From an uncultured archaeon (GTDB lineage: Archaea > Thermoplasmatota > Thermoplasmata > Thermoplasmatales > Thermoplasmataceae): 64,000 nt of DNA. Where the stretch lies: the NCBI GenBank assembly GCA_000965745.1, contig CP009479.1, positions 1 to 64,000 on the forward strand, in the 5' to 3' direction. Position 1 is the stretch's first letter. Every line of letters starts with the position of its first letter. The notes under the pieces are model-generated. The model was not told where the DNA came from. It saw nothing but the letters and a program-made list of their open reading frames with translations, and made no database searches. This document shows, one piece after another, positions 19,809-35,600 of the stretch. Position numbers and translations under genes: made by a program.

Positions 19809-20873
19809 TTAGTTCCGATTGTCGGATACCATAACCCTGACATAAATATGCCACATATGTGGGGCAAACGACTTGACAGTTTTCTGCTCAAGAACTGCTC
19901 CTTTCCACCCATGCATACCTATCCGCCTGTATAGGGCGTACTTGTAGACGGCAAGCATGTCAGAGGAAACTGTGTCATGGAGCAGTATAATTCCTCCTGG
20001 CCTGATTCTTCGGAGAGCATGCGGCAGGTACGAAAATGAAAGGAAGTTGCCCATTATGATTGCATCAGCCTTTATTTCCGGAGATACCATTCGGCTGTCC
20101 CCCAGGTGTGGCTGTATAACATCACCCAGCTTGTTTGCAGCAATGTTCCGCACAAGGTATCCGTAAGACGTTGGGTTTATCTCGCAGGCATGAACCCTTG
20201 CCGGCCTGGAGTACCTTGCAATGCCAAGGGAGAAATAACCTATTCCGGCGAACATGTCAATAACAGTTTTCCCATCCAGGTCCATTTCCCTCACAGATGT
20301 CCTGATGTTTACGTTTCCGGGAGAAAACATTATTTTAGCTGGATCGAAGTTGAACCTTATTCCATTCTCCGTGTGGGCAACATCACCTCCGGGGCCGTAA
20401 ACAAGTTCCACTTCAGGTTCCCTGAACTGCCCTCGTACCCTTCCGGTTATATTGTATACTGAACTCGACCGCAGTACAGCAGCGTATACGGAAGCAAATT
20501 CGTGCCTCGCGCCTTCATCCATTTCCGGTAGCCTGATCAGCACCGATGAGCCGAACCTTGTCCACTTTTCTGGTGCCCCATCAGTGGCCAAGCCTCTGGC
20601 CTCGAGTTCACGCTTGATTCTTGACTGCGGAGAGGAATGAAAGAACCGTTTTTCGAACTCCTCCTCAGAGAGGCTCATATTGCCGGAAATATCTGATCCG
20701 TCCCTGACGGGTATGAACACCCGGCCATCCATGGACTTGATCCTGAGTGATTCGTCAACTTTCCTCCTTCTAAGAAGTTCGGCAAGCACATCGCGCGCAT
20801 TGGCTCTGTCGGTCACTACAGCCCGCTTCCTCAATGATACCGGATTTTTATTTTGTATAAATACAGAAGGCAT
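19809..20873 (-). CDS. Trm5/Taw2-family SAM-dependent tRNA modification enzyme
   Basis: ENGIRF, KIMFSPGN, DMFAGIGYF, EINP, VKSFAP; start uncertain. Confidence 0.85.
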   Translation of the reverse strand: MPSVFIQNKNPVSLRKRAVVTDRANARDVLAELLRRRKVDESLRIKSMDGRVFIPVRDGSDISGNMSLSEEEFEKRFFHSSPQSRIKRELEARGLATDGAPEKWTRFGSSVLIRLPEMDEGARHEFASVYAAVLRSSSVYNITGRVRGQFREPEVELVYGPGGDVAHTENGIRFNFDPAKIMFSPGNVNIRTSVREMDLDGKTVIDMFAGIGYFSLGIARYSRPARVHACEINPTSYGYLVRNIAANKLGDVIQPHLGDSRMVSPEIKADAIIMGNFLSFSYLPHALRRIRPGGIILLHDTVSSDMLAVYKYALYRRIGMHGWKGAVLEQKTVKSFAPHMWHIYVRVMVSDNRN

Positions 20874-20909
20874 CCCAAATAAATAAATTGCAACTTGGAA
20901 TCACCAAGA

Positions 20910-22166
20910 ATGAGTTCCTCGGTTCTCTTTGATGAATCACAGAGATATTTCCCGGGTGGCGTCAATTCTCCCGTAAGATATTACAGGCCGAATCCTGTTT
21001 TCATAAAGAAGGGGAAAGGTTCCAGGATATTCGATGCCGATGGAAAACAGTACATAGATTACTGCCTCGGATATGGCCCCATGATCCTTGGCCATGCCAA
21101 TGAAAAGTTCAGCGAATCCTTGAAGGCAAGGATTGAGGATGGAATCCTTTTTGGGTCTCCGACAGAGGAGGAGAATATTCTCGCATCGAAGATAAGAGAA
21201 GCCATCCCGTCTGTTGAGAAAATGCGTTTCACCAATTCAGGCACGGAGGCAACTATGCATGCTATAAGGCTTGCCAGGGCCCATACGAAGAGAAAGATAA
21301 TCCTCAAGATGGAGGGTGGATACCACGGGGCACACGATTATTCACTCATAAAGGCAGGAAGCGGGTCTCTCACATTTGGGACGCCGTCTTCGCCCGGAGT
21401 GCCGGAAGAAATATCCAGAACGGTTGTCCTCGGCGAGTACAACAATATTGACAGCATAAGGAAGATATTCTCTGAGATGGGAGACCAAATTGCGGCCGTC
21501 ATAACAGAACCTGTAATGGGGAACGTTGGTGTTGTTCCCCCCAAAGAGGGTTTTCTCCAAGAGCTGAGGGAAATCTGTGACAGAAATTCGTCCTTGCTGA
21601 TATTGGACGAAGTAATCACAGGATTCCGCTTCGGGTATCATGGATACCAGGACCTTGCCAACCTCAAGCCAGATCTCACCACCCTGGGGAAGATAATAGG
21701 AGGGGGCCTCCCCATAGGGCTGTTCGGGGGAAGGGCAGACATAATGGATGAGATATCCCCATCAGGAAAGGTGTATGAAGCGGGTACATTCTCAGGGAAC
21801 CCTGTAAGTGTCTCGGGTGGAATTGCCACCCTGGATGTCCTGCGAAACAGCGACTACAGCCACCTGACAGGTTTGACAGAAAAGCTGGCAGCAGGCATTT
21901 CCGACATAGCAGAGCGGGCCGGAGAGGATGTGCAGATAAACCAGATCGGCCCAATGTTCCAGGTGTTTTTCAACAGCAGAAAAGTCAGCAAGTATGCGGA
22001 CGCCATTTCAAGCAATTCGGAAAGGTTTTTTGAAATCTTCACCAGGGCGCTCCAGGAAGGTATTTACATGCCTCCAAGCCAGTTTGAGACTAATTTCCTG
22101 AGTTTTGCCCATTCGGAATCAGACATAGAGGAAACAATCTCTGCTTTCGAGCAGATCTGGAACTAG
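20910..22166 (+). CDS. hemL: Glutamate-1-semialdehyde 2,1-aminomutase
   Basis: PGGVNSPVR, NSGTEATM, DEVITGFR, LGKIIGGG. Confidence 0.96.
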   Translation: MSSSVLFDESQRYFPGGVNSPVRYYRPNPVFIKKGKGSRIFDADGKQYIDYCLGYGPMILGHANEKFSESLKARIEDGILFGSPTEEENILASKIREAIPSVEKMRFTNSGTEATMHAIRLARAHTKRKIILKMEGGYHGAHDYSLIKAGSGSLTFGTPSSPGVPEEISRTVVLGEYNNIDSIRKIFSEMGDQIAAVITEPVMGNVGVVPPKEGFLQELREICDRNSSLLILDEVITGFRFGYHGYQDLANLKPDLTTLGKIIGGGLPIGLFGGRADIMDEISPSGKVYEAGTFSGNPVSVSGGIATLDVLRNSDYSHLTGLTEKLAAGISDIAERAGEDVQINQIGPMFQVFFNSRKVSKYADAISSNSERFFEIFTRALQEGIYMPPSQFETNFLSFAHSESDIEETISAFEQIWN

Positions 22167-22167
22167 T

Positions 22168-23070
22168 ATGTCAACGTGGCTCAGGATTGGGACCAGAGGG
22201 AGCAAGCTTGCCCTGATCCAGGCGGGGCAGTTAAAGACAGCACTCGAATCCACCGGAGTTCAGACAGAAATTATAACCCACACTACCAGCGGTGACCGGG
22301 ACACGGAGTCACCGATTTACAGAATGAGCAAGGTGGGTGTTTTTGTTGAGGAACTTAACAGCCTTGTTGAAAGAGGCGATTTCGACATAGCAGTCCACAG
22401 CGCAAAGGATATCCCGTCTGCCATTCCTGATTCCCTCGAGGTTGCCGCCGTCCTCCCCAGAGCTTCCTTCAACGACGTGCTGGTTGCAGACTCTTCCCTT
22501 GAGTCGCTGGAGAAGGGTTCCGTAATAGGCACCTCAAGCAAGCGCAGGATTTCTGAGCTCAGGGCTCTGCGCAATGATCTCGTTGTAAAGGACATAAGGG
22601 GAAACATCGGAACAAGAATTGGTAAACTGAAGAGCGGGGAATATAACGGCATAATTCTGGCTAAGGCTGCCCTCGAGAGGATGGGCGAGGATGTAAAGCT
22701 TAAGCACTACACCCTCAGTGAGAAGGATTTTGTTCCCGCCCCTAACCAGGGGATCATTGCAGTGGTGTCAAGAAAGGGCTCGAAAGAGTCGGAGATAGTG
22801 AGGCGAGTAAACCACACCCCCACCTACACTTCGTTCACTTTTGAAAGAGAACTCGTGTCAGAGCTCAGGCTGGGCTGCTCAATGCCTGCAGGCATCCTCT
22901 GCGTGGAGGATAGTGGTGTTTACAGACTAACTGCAAGGTTTTATTCACTCCTGTCTGATGAGTACAGGGAGTATCTAAGGGACGTCAACTCTGTTGCAGA
23001 GGTTGGAATTCTTGCAGAGGAGATCAGGGATACGCTGCCGAAGAGGTTCGGCTATGGGTTTGGTGTCTAG
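22168..23070 (+). CDS. hemC: Hydroxymethylbilane synthase
   Basis: IGTRGSKLALIQ, AVHSAKD, IRGNIGTRI, LGCSMP. Confidence 0.95.
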   Translation: MSTWLRIGTRGSKLALIQAGQLKTALESTGVQTEIITHTTSGDRDTESPIYRMSKVGVFVEELNSLVERGDFDIAVHSAKDIPSAIPDSLEVAAVLPRASFNDVLVADSSLESLEKGSVIGTSSKRRISELRALRNDLVVKDIRGNIGTRIGKLKSGEYNGIILAKAALERMGEDVKLKHYTLSEKDFVPAPNQGIIAVVSRKGSKESEIVRRVNHTPTYTSFTFERELVSELRLGCSMPAGILCVEDSGVYRLTARFYSLLSDEYREYLRDVNSVAEVGILAEEIRDTLPKRFGYGFGV

Positions 23071-23072
23071 AA

Positions 23073-23801
23073 TTGGAAGAAAGGAAGTTCATAATCTCAA
23101 CAAGGCCTGCAGGGAAGTTTTCCGAGCCCGAAACCGGATGCTGCTTTGATCTGGTAAATGCTCCATTGACAGAGATCTCGGAAGTGCCCTTTACCGATGA
23201 TCAGGTCAAGGCGATCGACGAGTTCGACCCTGATTGTGTTGTCTTCACAAGCGAGAAGGGAGCTGCCCTTTTTTTCTCTGAAATTGATCCGCATCTTTCA
23301 GGGCGGCCAAGAAATTACTACGGAATCGGCCCTTCTACCTGCAGGGAAGTCATGGAGAATGGCCTGAGCTGCAAGTTCCCGGAAGTCAGAACTTCAGAAG
23401 GCCTTGCAAATTTTCTCGCCAGGAATGAGAGAAATTCAAAACTCCTCCTTTTCCGGAGTTCAAGGGCTAACAGCGTTCTTGACGAAATTCTGGACAGAGA
23501 GAAAATAGAGTTTCAGAACATAACAGCGTATAATGTATCACAAATCAAGAGCAAAGAGATAATGAGAGCTACGGAGCCTGATTGTTTCGGTGTGATATTC
23601 ACTTCTTCGATGGAGGTGGAATCTTTTGTCGGTAACCTTGGAGACAAAGTTCTGGAAATCGCACCGGGAATCAAGCTGTTTTCAATTGGCGAGCCAACTT
23701 CGGAGACCCTGAAGAAGCATTCTCTTGCTGTTTCAGAACCGATTGGAAACTCCGACTTTGATGATCTTTTTGAAGAAATTTGCAGCCTTTACTGTTCCTG
23801 A
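23073..23801 (+). CDS. hemD: Uroporphyrinogen-III synthase
   Basis: STRP, VFTS, IGPST, FTSS, IGEPT; follows hemC. Confidence 0.85.
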   Translation: MEERKFIISTRPAGKFSEPETGCCFDLVNAPLTEISEVPFTDDQVKAIDEFDPDCVVFTSEKGAALFFSEIDPHLSGRPRNYYGIGPSTCREVMENGLSCKFPEVRTSEGLANFLARNERNSKLLLFRSSRANSVLDEILDREKIEFQNITAYNVSQIKSKEIMRATEPDCFGVIFTSSMEVESFVGNLGDKVLEIAPGIKLFSIGEPTSETLKKHSLAVSEPIGNSDFDDLFEEICSLYCS

Positions 23802-23812
23802 AAAACTGGAGA

Positions 23813-23887
23813 TAGCGGGGAATGGATTTGAACCATTGATCTGCGGGTTATGAGCCCGCCGGGATCTCCTAGCTACCCCACCCCGCT
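23813..23887 (-). tRNA. Initiator tRNA-Met (CAT)
   Basis: AGCGGGGTGGGGTAGC...GCGGGCTCATAACCCGC...GGTTCAAATCCATTCCCCGCTA; A1:U72 and a G-C-rich anticodon stem. Confidence 0.96.
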
Positions 23888-23940
23888 TCGACTACGTTAT
23901 TATAACTCACAATATAATATTTGCCGAGGTTTGTGGGTTA

Positions 23941-24522
23941 TCATCCAAAGGTTTCTTCAATTTTTTTGAACCTGATCTCCCTTGACAGGTGCTCGAGATA
24001 CTTGTATACAGTCTTATGCTTGCTGCCATTCAAAAGCTTCATTATGGCTTCTTTGGAGTAATTAATCGACAGGTAGTCTCCGATTATGGAGACCGTATCA
24101 CCGTATACGGAGACGTAAGTTGACGTCAGTTCCTCGATTATCTTCCTTGTCCTCCCTTCCCTGCCTATGACTCTTCCTCTTACCTGGGTGATTCTCCTGG
24201 ACCCTGACTTGGCAAATTCCCTCAGCGGGATAACGATAAGCTGAAAACCATCATTGTAAAGATATTGCGCACGCTCCGGGCTGAACCCGCGCCCAATGGC
24301 CTGTACAACACCGACTGTAACCGATGCGAGAATTGGGTCTCCTGTCTGGATGATTTTTACTTCTCCAGTCTCGGAATCGATGTTGAGCCATACGTTTCCG
24401 AGCTTCTCTATCTTCTTCTTGGTTGTACCTTCACGGCCAATAAGGACCGGAACCCTTTCAACGGGTATTTTAATGTCTCCTACTCCAACAAATTCCATAT
24501 CAATTGTATCCTCCACTACCAT
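23941..24522 (-). CDS. KH-domain ribosome biogenesis factor (Dim2/Pno1)
   Basis: LIGREG, IGRGFSPE, RGRVIGREGRTR; next to Rio1. Confidence 0.92.
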   Translation of the reverse strand: MVVEDTIDMEFVGVGDIKIPVERVPVLIGREGTTKKKIEKLGNVWLNIDSETGEVKIIQTGDPILASVTVGVVQAIGRGFSPERAQYLYNDGFQLIVIPLREFAKSGSRRITQVRGRVIGREGRTRKIIEELTSTYVSVYGDTVSIIGDYLSINYSKEAIMKLLNGSKHKTVYKYLEHLSREIRFKKIEETFG

Positions 24523-24610
24523 GAGGTTGCTGCCCCGCCGTGGATTTATACGTGCTGATATATTACATTTTGAATTTAAGCTTTACCGATGCGACAGTGG
24601 GAAAACCGAC

Positions 24611-25366
24611 CTATCCGGAGATAATGTAGGAAAGCACCTTTTCCGGATCGCATGGAATATCCCTTCTCGAGAAAAATCTGCATATGTTTGCCACATCACG
24701 TTCAAGGAAGAAACCAGCCATCCTGTGCTCGGTTGTGACACCCTGGGCGACATCAATGAAATAGGCTTTTTTCCTGTGTATTAGAATATTATACTCGCTG
24801 AGGTCTGCATGCACAATTTTAGAGTCCCTGTACATCATTTTCATCTCCTCGATAACCTGGCTGAAAATAGGCTGCAGGTCTCCGTGATATTCTCTGAGGC
24901 TGACCGCAGGCTTCCTCTGGTCCCCGAGGTATGACATGAGGAGCAGGTTCTTGTGAAACGCTATTGGCTTAGGGCAATGAACTCCGGATTTCTGAAGTTC
25001 ATGGAGATTTGTGAATTCCTTCTTGGCCCAGAGGTACACTAGTTTCGATCTTGATCTGCTCTCCTTGTGGAACCTGTAGTCCCCTTCTATGTATTTGCCT
25101 ATGTTTGAAAACCTCAGGGTGGACATCTTGTATATCTTGACAACAACGGGCTTCTTGTTCCTGTATGCCTTGAATACAACCGACTCCTTGCCTGAGGAGA
25201 TCGGGAAATCAATGTAATCAATAGACTGCTTGCCCATCATCTCGTACAGGGCTTTTAACGTCCTTTCATCAAATACTAGATCAGAAGTCTTCCTGTCGAC
25301 GTTGAGGCGGTTTAGAAATTCACCTGATTCAATAAGGGTCTTGAGGGCTGACTTTTCAGAATCCAT
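24611..25366 (-). CDS. rio1: RIO1 kinase/ATPase
   Basis: ISSGKESVV, HADLSEYNIL, FIDVAQ. Confidence 0.93.
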   Translation of the reverse strand: MDSEKSALKTLIESGEFLNRLNVDRKTSDLVFDERTLKALYEMMGKQSIDYIDFPISSGKESVVFKAYRNKKPVVVKIYKMSTLRFSNIGKYIEGDYRFHKESRSRSKLVYLWAKKEFTNLHELQKSGVHCPKPIAFHKNLLLMSYLGDQRKPAVSLREYHGDLQPIFSQVIEEMKMMYRDSKIVHADLSEYNILIHRKKAYFIDVAQGVTTEHRMAGFFLERDVANICRFFSRRDIPCDPEKVLSYIISG

Positions 25367-25368
25367 TC

Positions 25369-25719
25369 CTACTTGAATATATTAATAACTTCGGGTAAAA
25401 GATTGTTTCTACTCAGGTAGTTTGCCTGAGTCTGTGTGTACCTGTATACCACGTCTGCTTTTTCGCTCTGGAATTCCCATGGTTTCACAATAACAAGATC
25501 GTGTTCCCTTATCCACATCCTCTTCTTCATTTTTCCCGGTATTCGTGCGTTCCTGGTATAGCCGTCCTCGCACATTACGGTCAGCCTTGAAGCGCCTGAC
25601 AGTTTTTCAACTATTCCAAACATCTCTCCTTTTCGTTTGTTGGGGAGGATAACTCTGACTACCTGTTCATCTCCTTGCTGCGCATTGCGATGGGCTCCGC
25701 GATTCTGTCCAGGCATCAT
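25369..25719 (-). CDS. eif1a: Translation initiation factor aIF-1A
   Basis: CEDG.TRNARIPGKMKKRMWIRE.DLVIVKPW. Confidence 0.95.
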   Translation of the reverse strand: MMPGQNRGAHRNAQQGDEQVVRVILPNKRKGEMFGIVEKLSGASRLTVMCEDGYTRNARIPGKMKKRMWIREHDLVIVKPWEFQSEKADVVYRYTQTQANYLSRNNLLPEVINIFK

Positions 25720-26186
25720 AGGGAGAATAAGGACACGCTAAATATAACTTCCGACTGTTTTGCTGCACTTTCTGCACAACTAATCCCCGGATCATACGAT
25801 GAATTCTTCTGATCCAGAAACTGGCAAAAAATTGTTTTTCCGGTATTAAAGAACCTCTACTCAAAATGTTAATAATACCATGACTTAAATTAAATTTCAC
25901 ACGCATTGATGCGTCCCAACAACGCCCTGACACCAGCAGAAATGGATTGGCGTCTTAAATTTCTGGCTATGCAGTTTCAGCGATTACTTGGGCGCATAGT
26001 ATTATGAGGATTTTCAAGTGCGATTGTAATGAATGAACAGGGTCAATATCTTAAAGTTATTATGTATGAATATGATGCAAAAATCAGCTGAAAAACGCTT
26101 TTTTAACACGTTAAGTGTATAAACCACCGATTCAATAAAATATGTATGTACAAAAATTTAAATATATCATATCAGTGAAATCTCGC

Positions 26187-27905
26187 ATGGATGTCCGTTC
26201 ATCTGATAGAAAGCTAAGACGTGCCCTAAATACCTGGGACCTGCTTTTCCTTAGTCTTGGAGGCATAATAGGTTCAGGCTGGCTTTTCGCTGCGTACGGA
26301 GCCGCATTCGTTGCGGGGCCTGCAGCCATCTATTCGTGGATCATAGGCGGGGTTATCATACTGTTCATAGCCCTTGTGTATGCTGAACTTGGTTCCATGA
26401 TCCCCAGGTCGGGTGCTATAGTGAGATATGGAAACTATACGCATGGAGGGTTTGCCGGATTCATGCTCGGTTGGGCATACTTCCTCTCTGCTGTATCGGT
26501 GCCTGCTATTGAGGCTGAGGCCGTGATAACGGTCGCAAGCACTTGGACGAAGCCGTACGGGTTGATTCTTGTTGAGACGTCTGGAGTTCTTTCACTGATA
26601 GGAATACTGCTTGCGGGCCTGCTCATGCTTGGATTCTTCTTCCTGAACTACTTTGGAATAAGAATCATGGGCAAGACAAACACTGGAATGACATGGTGGA
26701 AACTGGTCATACCTGTGGGAACTGTCATACTACTGCTCTTTGTCGGATTCCATGCCAGCAACTTCAACATAACGTACAAGGGAGACAACGGCTTCAACCC
26801 TTTCGGGTTCGGGGCTGTATTCCAGGCCGTTGCGATTTCAGGAATCGTATTTTCGTTCCTCGGGTTCAGGCAGGCTGTTGATTATGCCGGGGAGGCAGCA
26901 ACGCCGAAGAAGTCTGTCCCGATCGCAACAATATTCTCAGTCATAATCGGCGTTGTCCTTTACGTCGGGCTTCAGGTCGGTTTCCTTGGGCAGATAGACT
27001 GGTCCAGCCTGGGAGTAGCGCCAGGCAACTGGGCCGCATTCAGCTCAAGCTATTACGGTTCGGGAACTTTTCCTGCTGCAATCCAGAAGCTGCATGATGC
27101 GCCATTCCCGATACTGGCCAGTGCCGCCGGGCTTGTGCCCCTGACTTACCTGCTCTATGCTGATGCCTTTGTTTCACCTTCTGGAACGCTCAATGTGTAC
27201 CTGGGAACTTCAGTCAGGACCCTTTATGGAATAGGTACAATCGGGGGAGTTCCGAAATCCCTGATCAAGATCATGGAGAAGACCAGGATACCATTCATAC
27301 CTCTTCTTGCGTCCCTGATCATCGGATATGTCTTCTTCCTTCCATTCCCAAGCTGGTACAAGCTGGTTGGTTTCATTACTTCGGCAACCGTGTTCACTTA
27401 CATTGTGGGAGGGCCGTCGCTGAGAGTTCTAAGGAAACATGCTCCTGAACTGCACAGGCCCTTCAAGCTGCCCGGGTCCTCGATAATAGCCCCGATAGCA
27501 TTTATCGGTGCGTCCCTGGTTGTTTACTGGTCCGGCTGGCCACTTGACGGCTACCTTGCCATTGGAATCTTCATCGGGCTCCTTGTTTATGCAGTGTTTG
27601 TTGCGTACATGGATGTCCCGAAGATATTCAACAGGCAGAACTACAGGAGCGGAGTATGGGTTCCAGTGTATGTCGTTGTGATCGTGATAATGTCGTACAT
27701 CGGAGAATACGGGCAGAACTACGTCCCGTTCCCATGGGATGTGATAATGGTAGCAGTAGTGGCCCTGATATTCTACTTCTGGGCAACAGCAAGCGGGTAC
27801 AGGACCGGTGACATCGATACGATGGTAAAGGAGGGGACTCAGTACCTTGACGCAGAGGATGCCGTTGTGAAAAAACCCGTGGGTGCAGGTGGAGGGGAAA
27901 AATAA
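26187..27905 (+). CDS. APC-family amino acid permease
   Basis: LGGIIGSGWLF, YAELGSMIPRSG, FSFLGFRQ; many TM helices. Confidence 0.92.
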   Translation: MDVRSSDRKLRRALNTWDLLFLSLGGIIGSGWLFAAYGAAFVAGPAAIYSWIIGGVIILFIALVYAELGSMIPRSGAIVRYGNYTHGGFAGFMLGWAYFLSAVSVPAIEAEAVITVASTWTKPYGLILVETSGVLSLIGILLAGLLMLGFFFLNYFGIRIMGKTNTGMTWWKLVIPVGTVILLLFVGFHASNFNITYKGDNGFNPFGFGAVFQAVAISGIVFSFLGFRQAVDYAGEAATPKKSVPIATIFSVIIGVVLYVGLQVGFLGQIDWSSLGVAPGNWAAFSSSYYGSGTFPAAIQKLHDAPFPILASAAGLVPLTYLLYADAFVSPSGTLNVYLGTSVRTLYGIGTIGGVPKSLIKIMEKTRIPFIPLLASLIIGYVFFLPFPSWYKLVGFITSATVFTYIVGGPSLRVLRKHAPELHRPFKLPGSSIIAPIAFIGASLVVYWSGWPLDGYLAIGIFIGLLVYAVFVAYMDVPKIFNRQNYRSGVWVPVYVVVIVIMSYIGEYGQNYVPFPWDVIMVAVVALIFYFWATASGYRTGDIDTMVKEGTQYLDAEDAVVKKPVGAGGGEK

Positions 27906-27932
27906 CCCCCCACATTTTTTGACCGCAATTTT

Positions 27933-28361
27933 TTATTGTTTTATGTTCAGGCTCTTTATATTGTAGAAACGGGAAACGGCTTCCCTCATCAGTTTTATGT
28001 TTCTTCCTTCTTTCCCTATTGCCTTGCCTATTTCGCTCTGTTCCACCCCGACGAGTATGTCAATCTGGCCCTGTTTCCAGTTCAGGTATATTTCCCTGAC
28101 ACCAAACCTGTAGAACAGGTTCTTGACCAAAGTGAGGAGATCGCGTGATGTTTCAGCCACCAGGATGTGCTTGTTGATCCTGTCCTTGAGTTCCGTTATT
28201 ATGTTGGCGTTTCTCTTGAAAAGTTCTGCGAGTTTCCTCTCCCCTACCAGGAAGAGTACCATGTCCTCGTTTTCAAGGCACTCCTTCAGCTCGACCCTGC
28301 CGAGTTTCTCGAAGAGGGCGATGTAGCCCATCATCCTGTTGTCAACCGTCATCTCTTTCAT
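27933..28361 (-). CDS. nusA: Archaeal NusA (KH domain)
   Basis: IGKAIGKEGRNIK; downstream of rpoA2. Confidence 0.9.
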   Translation of the reverse strand: MKEMTVDNRMMGYIALFEKLGRVELKECLENEDMVLFLVGERKLAELFKRNANIITELKDRINKHILVAETSRDLLTLVKNLFYRFGVREIYLNWKQGQIDILVGVEQSEIGKAIGKEGRNIKLMREAVSRFYNIKSLNIKQ

Positions 28362-28424
28362 AAAATTACCATTCCACAAAACAAGAATAAAAAGTGTATT
28401 TCACCGCTTTATGCTCAATCCTGT

Positions 28425-32613
<4,189 letters not shown>

Positions 32614-32617
<4 letters not shown>

Positions 32618-35600
32618 TTGAGATCACCCAATACCAATCTCATCATTACACCCATTGAACTCAACTCATCCCTCATTAGCTTGAACGCATAGCTTGTCTC
32701 CACAGGATGTATATTTCCCGTGTTTCCACAGACAGGGCAGCGCATTGTCCCCCTTTTTCTGTCAAGGATTGCGATATGTCCGCAGGACGGGTTGCCACAG
32801 ACGTAGAGAATTGTCCCGTCGCTCTGGTCCAGGAGCCTGTCCTTGATTACCATAGCGGCTCCGTGGGCGATAAGAGTATCACGCTCCATTTCCCCGAACC
32901 TGAGGCCTCCCTGCCTTGACCTTCCCTCTGTGGGCTGTCTTGTAAGGATCTGCACAGGCCCCCTGGATCTTGCGTGGAACTTTCCTGCGACCATGTGGTG
33001 CAGCTTCTGGTAGTATATTACCCCGGTGAAGATGTCCACATCGTATTTCCTGCCTGTTATCCCGTCATACATAACTTCTGATGAGCTGTATCTGAACCCG
33101 TTCTCCGTGAGCCCTTCCCTCAGACTCTTCTCAGGCTCTCCGCTGAATATTGTCCCATCCATGATCTCTCCCTTCCTGGTTGAGATCTTACCGGCAATCA
33201 TTTCCAGTATGTGGCCCACAGTCATTCTTGACGGAATTGCGTGGGGGTTGATTACCAGGTCAGGGATTGTGCCTTCCTCTGTGAAGGGCATGTCTTCCTG
33301 CGGGACGACCGAGCCAATGACTCCCTTCTGCCCGTGCCTGGAGGCAAATTTATCACCGAGTTCGGGAATTCTTTCGCTCCTTACCTTGATCTTGATGACT
33401 CTGCTGTTGCTTTCGGACACTGTGAGGATGACATTGTCAACGAAACCGTACTCGTTGGGCCTCATCGTGATTGACGATTCCCTCCTCCTCTGCGGACCGA
33501 GCTTGTCTCCCCCTTCCTCGAGGAAACGCGGGGGTGATGTCTTTCCTATCAGCACATCCGACCCTGCGACCTTGGATTCGGGGTAGATGATTCCGTTCTC
33601 GTCAAGGTTCTTGTAGAAATCCTCAGCCCTTGCACCCAGAACATCATGTGTAGGAATCTCGAAGCGGTCTTCCTGGCCGCCGGGATATCTCCTCTCCTCG
33701 GCAGTATATGTCCTGAAGAAGGTGCTTCTTCCAAGCCCCCTCTCAACAGCTGCCTTGTTGAAAATCAATGCATCCTGTATGTTGTAGCCCTGGTATGACA
33801 TGATTGCCACGACAAAATTCTGCCCTGCAGGCTTCTTCTCATAACTGATAAAGTCCATTACCCTGGTTTTGACAAGAGGCATCTGCGGATAGTGCAGCAC
33901 GTGTCCCCTGGTGTCCGTCCTTATTCTGAAGTTTGTGGCCGCCAGCCCGATTGACTGTTTTGTCATGGCCGCTGCCATCGTGATTCTTGGTGAAGAGTTG
34001 TGCTCAGGATAAGGCGTAATGGATGCAACCACTCCCAGGATCAGTGAAGGGTCGATCTCGAGGTGTGTGTGGTCTTCCTCAAGAAGGCTCTTTCCCGGGA
34101 ATTTTTCACCGCACGATTCACACTGCAGCTCAATGTCCTGGCTCTCACCGGGATTGGTCCAGTAAATTTTGCTCCTGTAAAGGAACCTGGAGCATGATGG
34201 GCACCTCTCCGGGAAATCATATGCATAGATGGAGACGTAAAGGTTTTCCTCCTCCTCTGCATCGATCCATTCTATAGCCCCCTTCTTCACTAGGTCTTTA
34301 ATTGTGTATTCCCCTGTTTCAAGCTTCTTGAGCATGTCCTGCGTTATCAGCGTAGTCTTGCCCTTTACAGTGAGAAGCGGCCTTCTTATCCTTCCCTTGT
34401 CACAGTTAACGATGACTTCCCTGGTCTCAGGCTCAAATCTCACGTTGACCTCGTCGGATATCTTGCCTTTTCTCCTCTCTTCCCGTATCAGTTTTGAAAA
34501 TGCTTCGGGATCGTCATGGTAACCCACAAAGTCCCCGTTAAGGTAGACACGTCCCGAGCTCACGCTTTCCCCTGCGATCTCCTTCAGTTCCATTCCCTTC
34601 AGGAACTCGAGCACTATCTTCTCATCTATCCCTTCTGTAACATTGATGATAAGGGCTGCATTTTTCACCAGCCCACAGTTCTGGCCCTCAGGGGTCTCGT
34701 TGGGGCAGATTCTCCCCCATTGCGTTGGATGAAGGTCCCTCGCCTCGAAGTGGGGCTGCGACCTTGTAAGCGGCGATATAATCCTTCGAAGATGGCTCAG
34801 GGTGCTTACATTGGAAACCCTGTCCAGCAGCTGTGAAACTCCTGTCCTTCCGCCAATCCAGTTACCTGTTGCCATGGCGTGGAGAAGTTTCTGCGTAAGA
34901 AGGTCCTGCCTAACTGCAGGCCTCAGCCTTATTCCCTTCTTCCTGTTGTAGGTCCTTTCAAGCTGGTATTTGAGGTCCTTCATTACGGACTGGAATGCGT
35001 TCCTGAAAAGTTCGTCAAGAAGATCCCCTGCGAGCTTGATTCTCTTGTTTGCAAGATGATCCTTGTCATCCTCTTTTCTCTTCCCGAGGTTAAGCTCGAG
35101 AAGAGATCTGGCCATCCTTCCCAAGTAAAGTGCTTTTTTCAGCCTGTCAGCCCTGGTGTCCCCAAGATGCGGAAGCAATGACTTGTCAAGCATCTGTGAA
35201 ACTTTCTTTTCCCTGAATTCCTTTGCCTGGCCGGCTGCAAATCTCTTCTCTAGGTAAGATATTGCATCTTCACCGGTGTTCACGCCATTTGGCGGGAATA
35301 TTTTCGGGCTCTTTGACTCTTCAATATTTGCGTATATGATGGGGTCCATTGCGGGTTCGCTGTAGATTGACTTGTGGACGTCGACATCCTTCTCTATCCC
35401 AAGGGCCTTCATCAGAATTGCCAGAGGTATCGTCCCTGCAACACTTGGAATTGATACGTTGAGAATGCCGTCGCTTGCTTTCTCCATTGATGTGAGTGCC
35501 CTGAAACCTCCCTTCTGGGAGAACACCTTTGCGACTTCCACCTTGGATTCGTATTTCTCTTCCAGTTCAACAAGTATCTTGTTGGGGGCAAGGTCTTCAA

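Noticed and set aside
25789-25815. Box C/D-like K-loop GGATC..CGATGA..CTGATCC
   Set aside because: Too short for a guide sRNA, no C'/D' boxes; could be chance
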